A stretch of 7,280 nucleotides of DNA, taken from the IMG/VR virus record IMGVR_UViG_2700989509_000014, one strand, 5' to 3'. Under the pieces are notes generated by a model, which saw only the letters and a program-made list of their open reading frames with translations, ran no database searches and was not told the DNA's origin. Both the position numbers and the translations under genes were made by a program. The stretch comes from a virus. Its lineage: Duplodnaviria > Heunggongvirae > Uroviricota > Caudoviricetes. This document shows positions 5,519 through 7,280 of this stretch, piece by piece (positions within the stretch are counted from its first letter, which is position 1; the number at the start of each line of letters is the position of its first letter).

Positions 5519-6891
5519 AACAGGATATCGAAGCGAGCGTTATCGGTGGCCTGCTGATTGGTGGATTAACACCAACTGCCAGTGACGTTCTGGCAACGCT
5601 GGAGCCGGAAGCGTTTTCAATTCCGCTCTACCGGAAAGCCTTCGAGGTTATCCGCAAGCAGGCGCGAAACAGAAACCTAATCGACGCGCTGATGGTTGCC
5701 GAGGCGTGCGGAGAGGAGCATTTCACGTCAATCCTGATGACCAGTAAGAACTGCCCGAGTGCCGCAAACCTGAAGGGATATGCCGGAATGGTCGCGGATA
5801 ACTATCACCGCCGCCTGGTGCTGGAAATCATGGATGAAATGCGTGAACCAATTCAGAGAGGAACCATCGATACATCGAGTCAGGCGATGGACGAGCTTGT
5901 AAAGCGTCTTTCAGCCATCAGAAAGCCCCGTGACGAGGTTAAACCTGTACGGTTAGGGGAAATCATCACTGACTACACTGACACGCTTGACAGGCGCCTG
6001 AGGAACGGAGAAGAGTCAGATACCCTGAAGACCGGAATCGAAGAACTTGATGTCATCACCGGAGGGATGAACGCGGAAGACCTGGTGATTATCGCCGCTC
6101 GTCCTGGTATGGGGAAAACCGAACTGGCGCTGAAGATTGCCGAAGGTGTGGCAAGCCGCGTTATTCCTGGTTCTGACGTCCGGCGCGGGGTATTGATTTT
6201 CTCAATGGAAATGAGCGCATTGCAGATTGCAGAGCGAAGCATTGCCAACGCCGGGAGGATGTCGGTTAGCGTGCTGCGAAATCCTGCATCGATGGATGAC
6301 GAAGGCTGGGCGCGTGTTGCTAACGGCATGAGTCAGCTTGCAGATTTGGATGTATGGGTAGTCGATGCCTCGCGGTTATCGGTCGAAGAAATACGCTCAA
6401 TCGCAGAACGGCACAAACAGGAAAATCCAAACCTGTCACTCATCATGGCGGATTATCTTGGCCTGATTGAGAAGCCGAAAGCAGACCGCAACGACCTCGC
6501 AATTGCTCACATCTCCGGAAGCCTGAAGGCGATGGCGAAAGACCTGAAAACGCCTGTTATCTCCCTGAGTCAGCTTTCGCGCGATGTTGAGAAGCGACCA
6601 AACAAACGCCCGACAAACGCAGATTTGCGTGATTCAGGAAGCATTGAGCAGGACGCAGACTCAATCATCATGCTCTATCGGGAAGCGGTATATGACGAGA
6701 ACAGTAGCGCCGCACCATTTGCTGAAATCATTGTGACAAAAAACCGTTTTGGCTCGCTTGGTACGGTTTACCAGCGGTTCTGCAACGGACACTTTGTTGC
6801 ATGTGACCAGGATGAAGCCAGAAAGATTTGCACAGCATCAAATGCACCCGCTGCACGTGGCAGACGATATGCACAAGGGGCTGACGTATGA
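5515..6891 (+). CDS. Replicative DNA helicase, DnaB family (phage-encoded), 458 aa
   Basis: Walker A in [11 protein letters not shown], Walker B-like [10 protein letters not shown], and DnaB C-terminal motifs ([40 protein letters not shown]). DnaB-like N-terminal domain (…[11 protein letters not shown]…). ATG 5515 overlaps the O-like stop (ATGA). Confidence 0.9.
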   Translation: MKQDIEASVIGGLLIGGLTPTASDVLATLEPEAFSIPLYRKAFEVIRKQARNRNLIDALMVAEACGEEHFTSILMTSKNCPSAANLKGYAGMVADNYHRRLVLEIMDEMREPIQRGTIDTSSQAMDELVKRLSAIRKPRDEVKPVRLGEIITDYTDTLDRRLRNGEESDTLKTGIEELDVITGGMNAEDLVIIAARPGMGKTELALKIAEGVASRVIPGSDVRRGVLIFSMEMSALQIAERSIANAGRMSVSVLRNPASMDDEGWARVANGMSQLADLDVWVVDASRLSVEEIRSIAERHKQENPNLSLIMADYLGLIEKPKADRNDLAIAHISGSLKAMAKDLKTPVISLSQLSRDVEKRPNKRPTNADLRDSGSIEQDADSIIMLYREAVYDENSSAAPFAEIIVTKNRFGSLGTVYQRFCNGHFVACDQDEARKICTASNAPAARGRRYAQGADV

Positions 6892-7157
6892 ATAAAAAAC
6901 AATTAGCCATTCTCGAAAAGGCATGGGATGCACAAATATCATGCGCTTTGAAAGAACAGGCACTACCAATAATCCAGACCAAATCGAAAATAGCCAGGCA
7001 GTTATGCGATGACGGATTCCTGAACGAGGTTGAGATTACGCGCCAGATGGTAACGTTCAAAGGGTATGAGATAAATCATCATGGTATAGCGGCGTATTGC
7101 TCCCATCTTCCTGATGACGTTGACATTGATGAAATGGAAAGGGAGATGAAGCAATGA
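6888..7157 (+). CDS. Small hypothetical phage protein (89 aa), translationally coupled to the helicase
   Basis: ATG 6888 overlaps the helicase stop (ATGA); AAGGGG lies 7 nt upstream; acidic C-terminus; no recognisable motif. Confidence 0.55.
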   Translation: MNKKQLAILEKAWDAQISCALKEQALPIIQTKSKIARQLCDDGFLNEVEITRQMVTFKGYEINHHGIAAYCSHLPDDVDIDEMEREMKQ

Positions 7158-7182
7158 CCATCTACATCACTGAGCTAATAAC

Positions 7183-7214
7183 AGGCCTGCAGGTAATCGC
7201 AGGCCTTTTTATTT
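7183..7214 (+). terminator. Rho-independent terminator after the replication operon (tR2-like position)
   Basis: AGGCCTGC (7183-7190), loop aggtaatc, GCAGGCCT (7199-7206), an 8-bp stem, followed by TTTTTATTT (7206-7214); it begins 26 nt after the stop of the 6888-7157 ORF. Confidence 0.7.
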
Positions 7215-7280
7215 GGGGGAGAGGGAAGTGAACGATAGCTACCGACAGTTTGAAAACTGGTGGTCAAAAGACAGAGGCGC

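Noticed and set aside
5165-6329. Minus-strand ORFs 5165-5392 and 5973-6329
   Set aside because: Antisense to the O-like and DnaB-helicase genes, which carry unambiguous motifs.
6728-7060. 110-aa minus-strand ORF overlapping the helicase 3' end and the downstream small gene
   Set aside because: Antisense to two coupled plus-strand genes; no RBS.
7154-7231. 25-aa hydrophobic mini-ORF ([25 protein letters not shown]) starting with an ATGA overlap at the end of the 6888-7157 gene
   Set aside because: It spans the intrinsic terminator hairpin, so its hydrophobic, repetitive content is dictated by the stem sequence; too short to support without expression data. A small membrane peptide cannot be excluded.
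7228-7280. Possible GTG-initiated gene starting at 7228 (VNDSYRQFENWWSKDRG…) and running off the window
   Set aside because: Only 17 codons are visible, the start is non-ATG, and the RBS spacing is ambiguous; not enough to call a feature, though a downstream gene after the terminator is plausible.

Overview
The window is the junction of an IS66-family insertion sequence (right end, 1-~876) with the immunity and replication region of a lambdoid (P22-like) prophage. From left to right it holds: a 5'-truncated IS66-family transposase ORF; about 330 bp of non-coding DNA with a duplicated IS-end-like 16-mer; a minus-strand, AT-rich two-gene cassette (1205-2709) that sits directly downstream of a CI-like repressor gene and ends at an intrinsic terminator; the CI-like repressor (minus); a divergent operator/promoter region with three perfect ATAAC-N4-GTTAT palindromes; then plus-strand cro-like, a nutR-like boxA/boxB site, a cII homolog, a small unknown ORF, a lambda-O-like replication initiator with an internal iteron array, a DnaB-family helicase, a small unknown ORF and an intrinsic terminator. 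The main hunt result is the two-gene cassette: it occupies the same position as rexA-rexB in phage lambda, is compositionally foreign to its neighbours, is translationally coupled, and neither protein matches a family I can name. I propose it as a candidate prophage-encoded anti-phage defence or superinfection-exclusion module; this is inferred from context only. All calls are from reading the sequence and the supplied ORF track; no database search was run.
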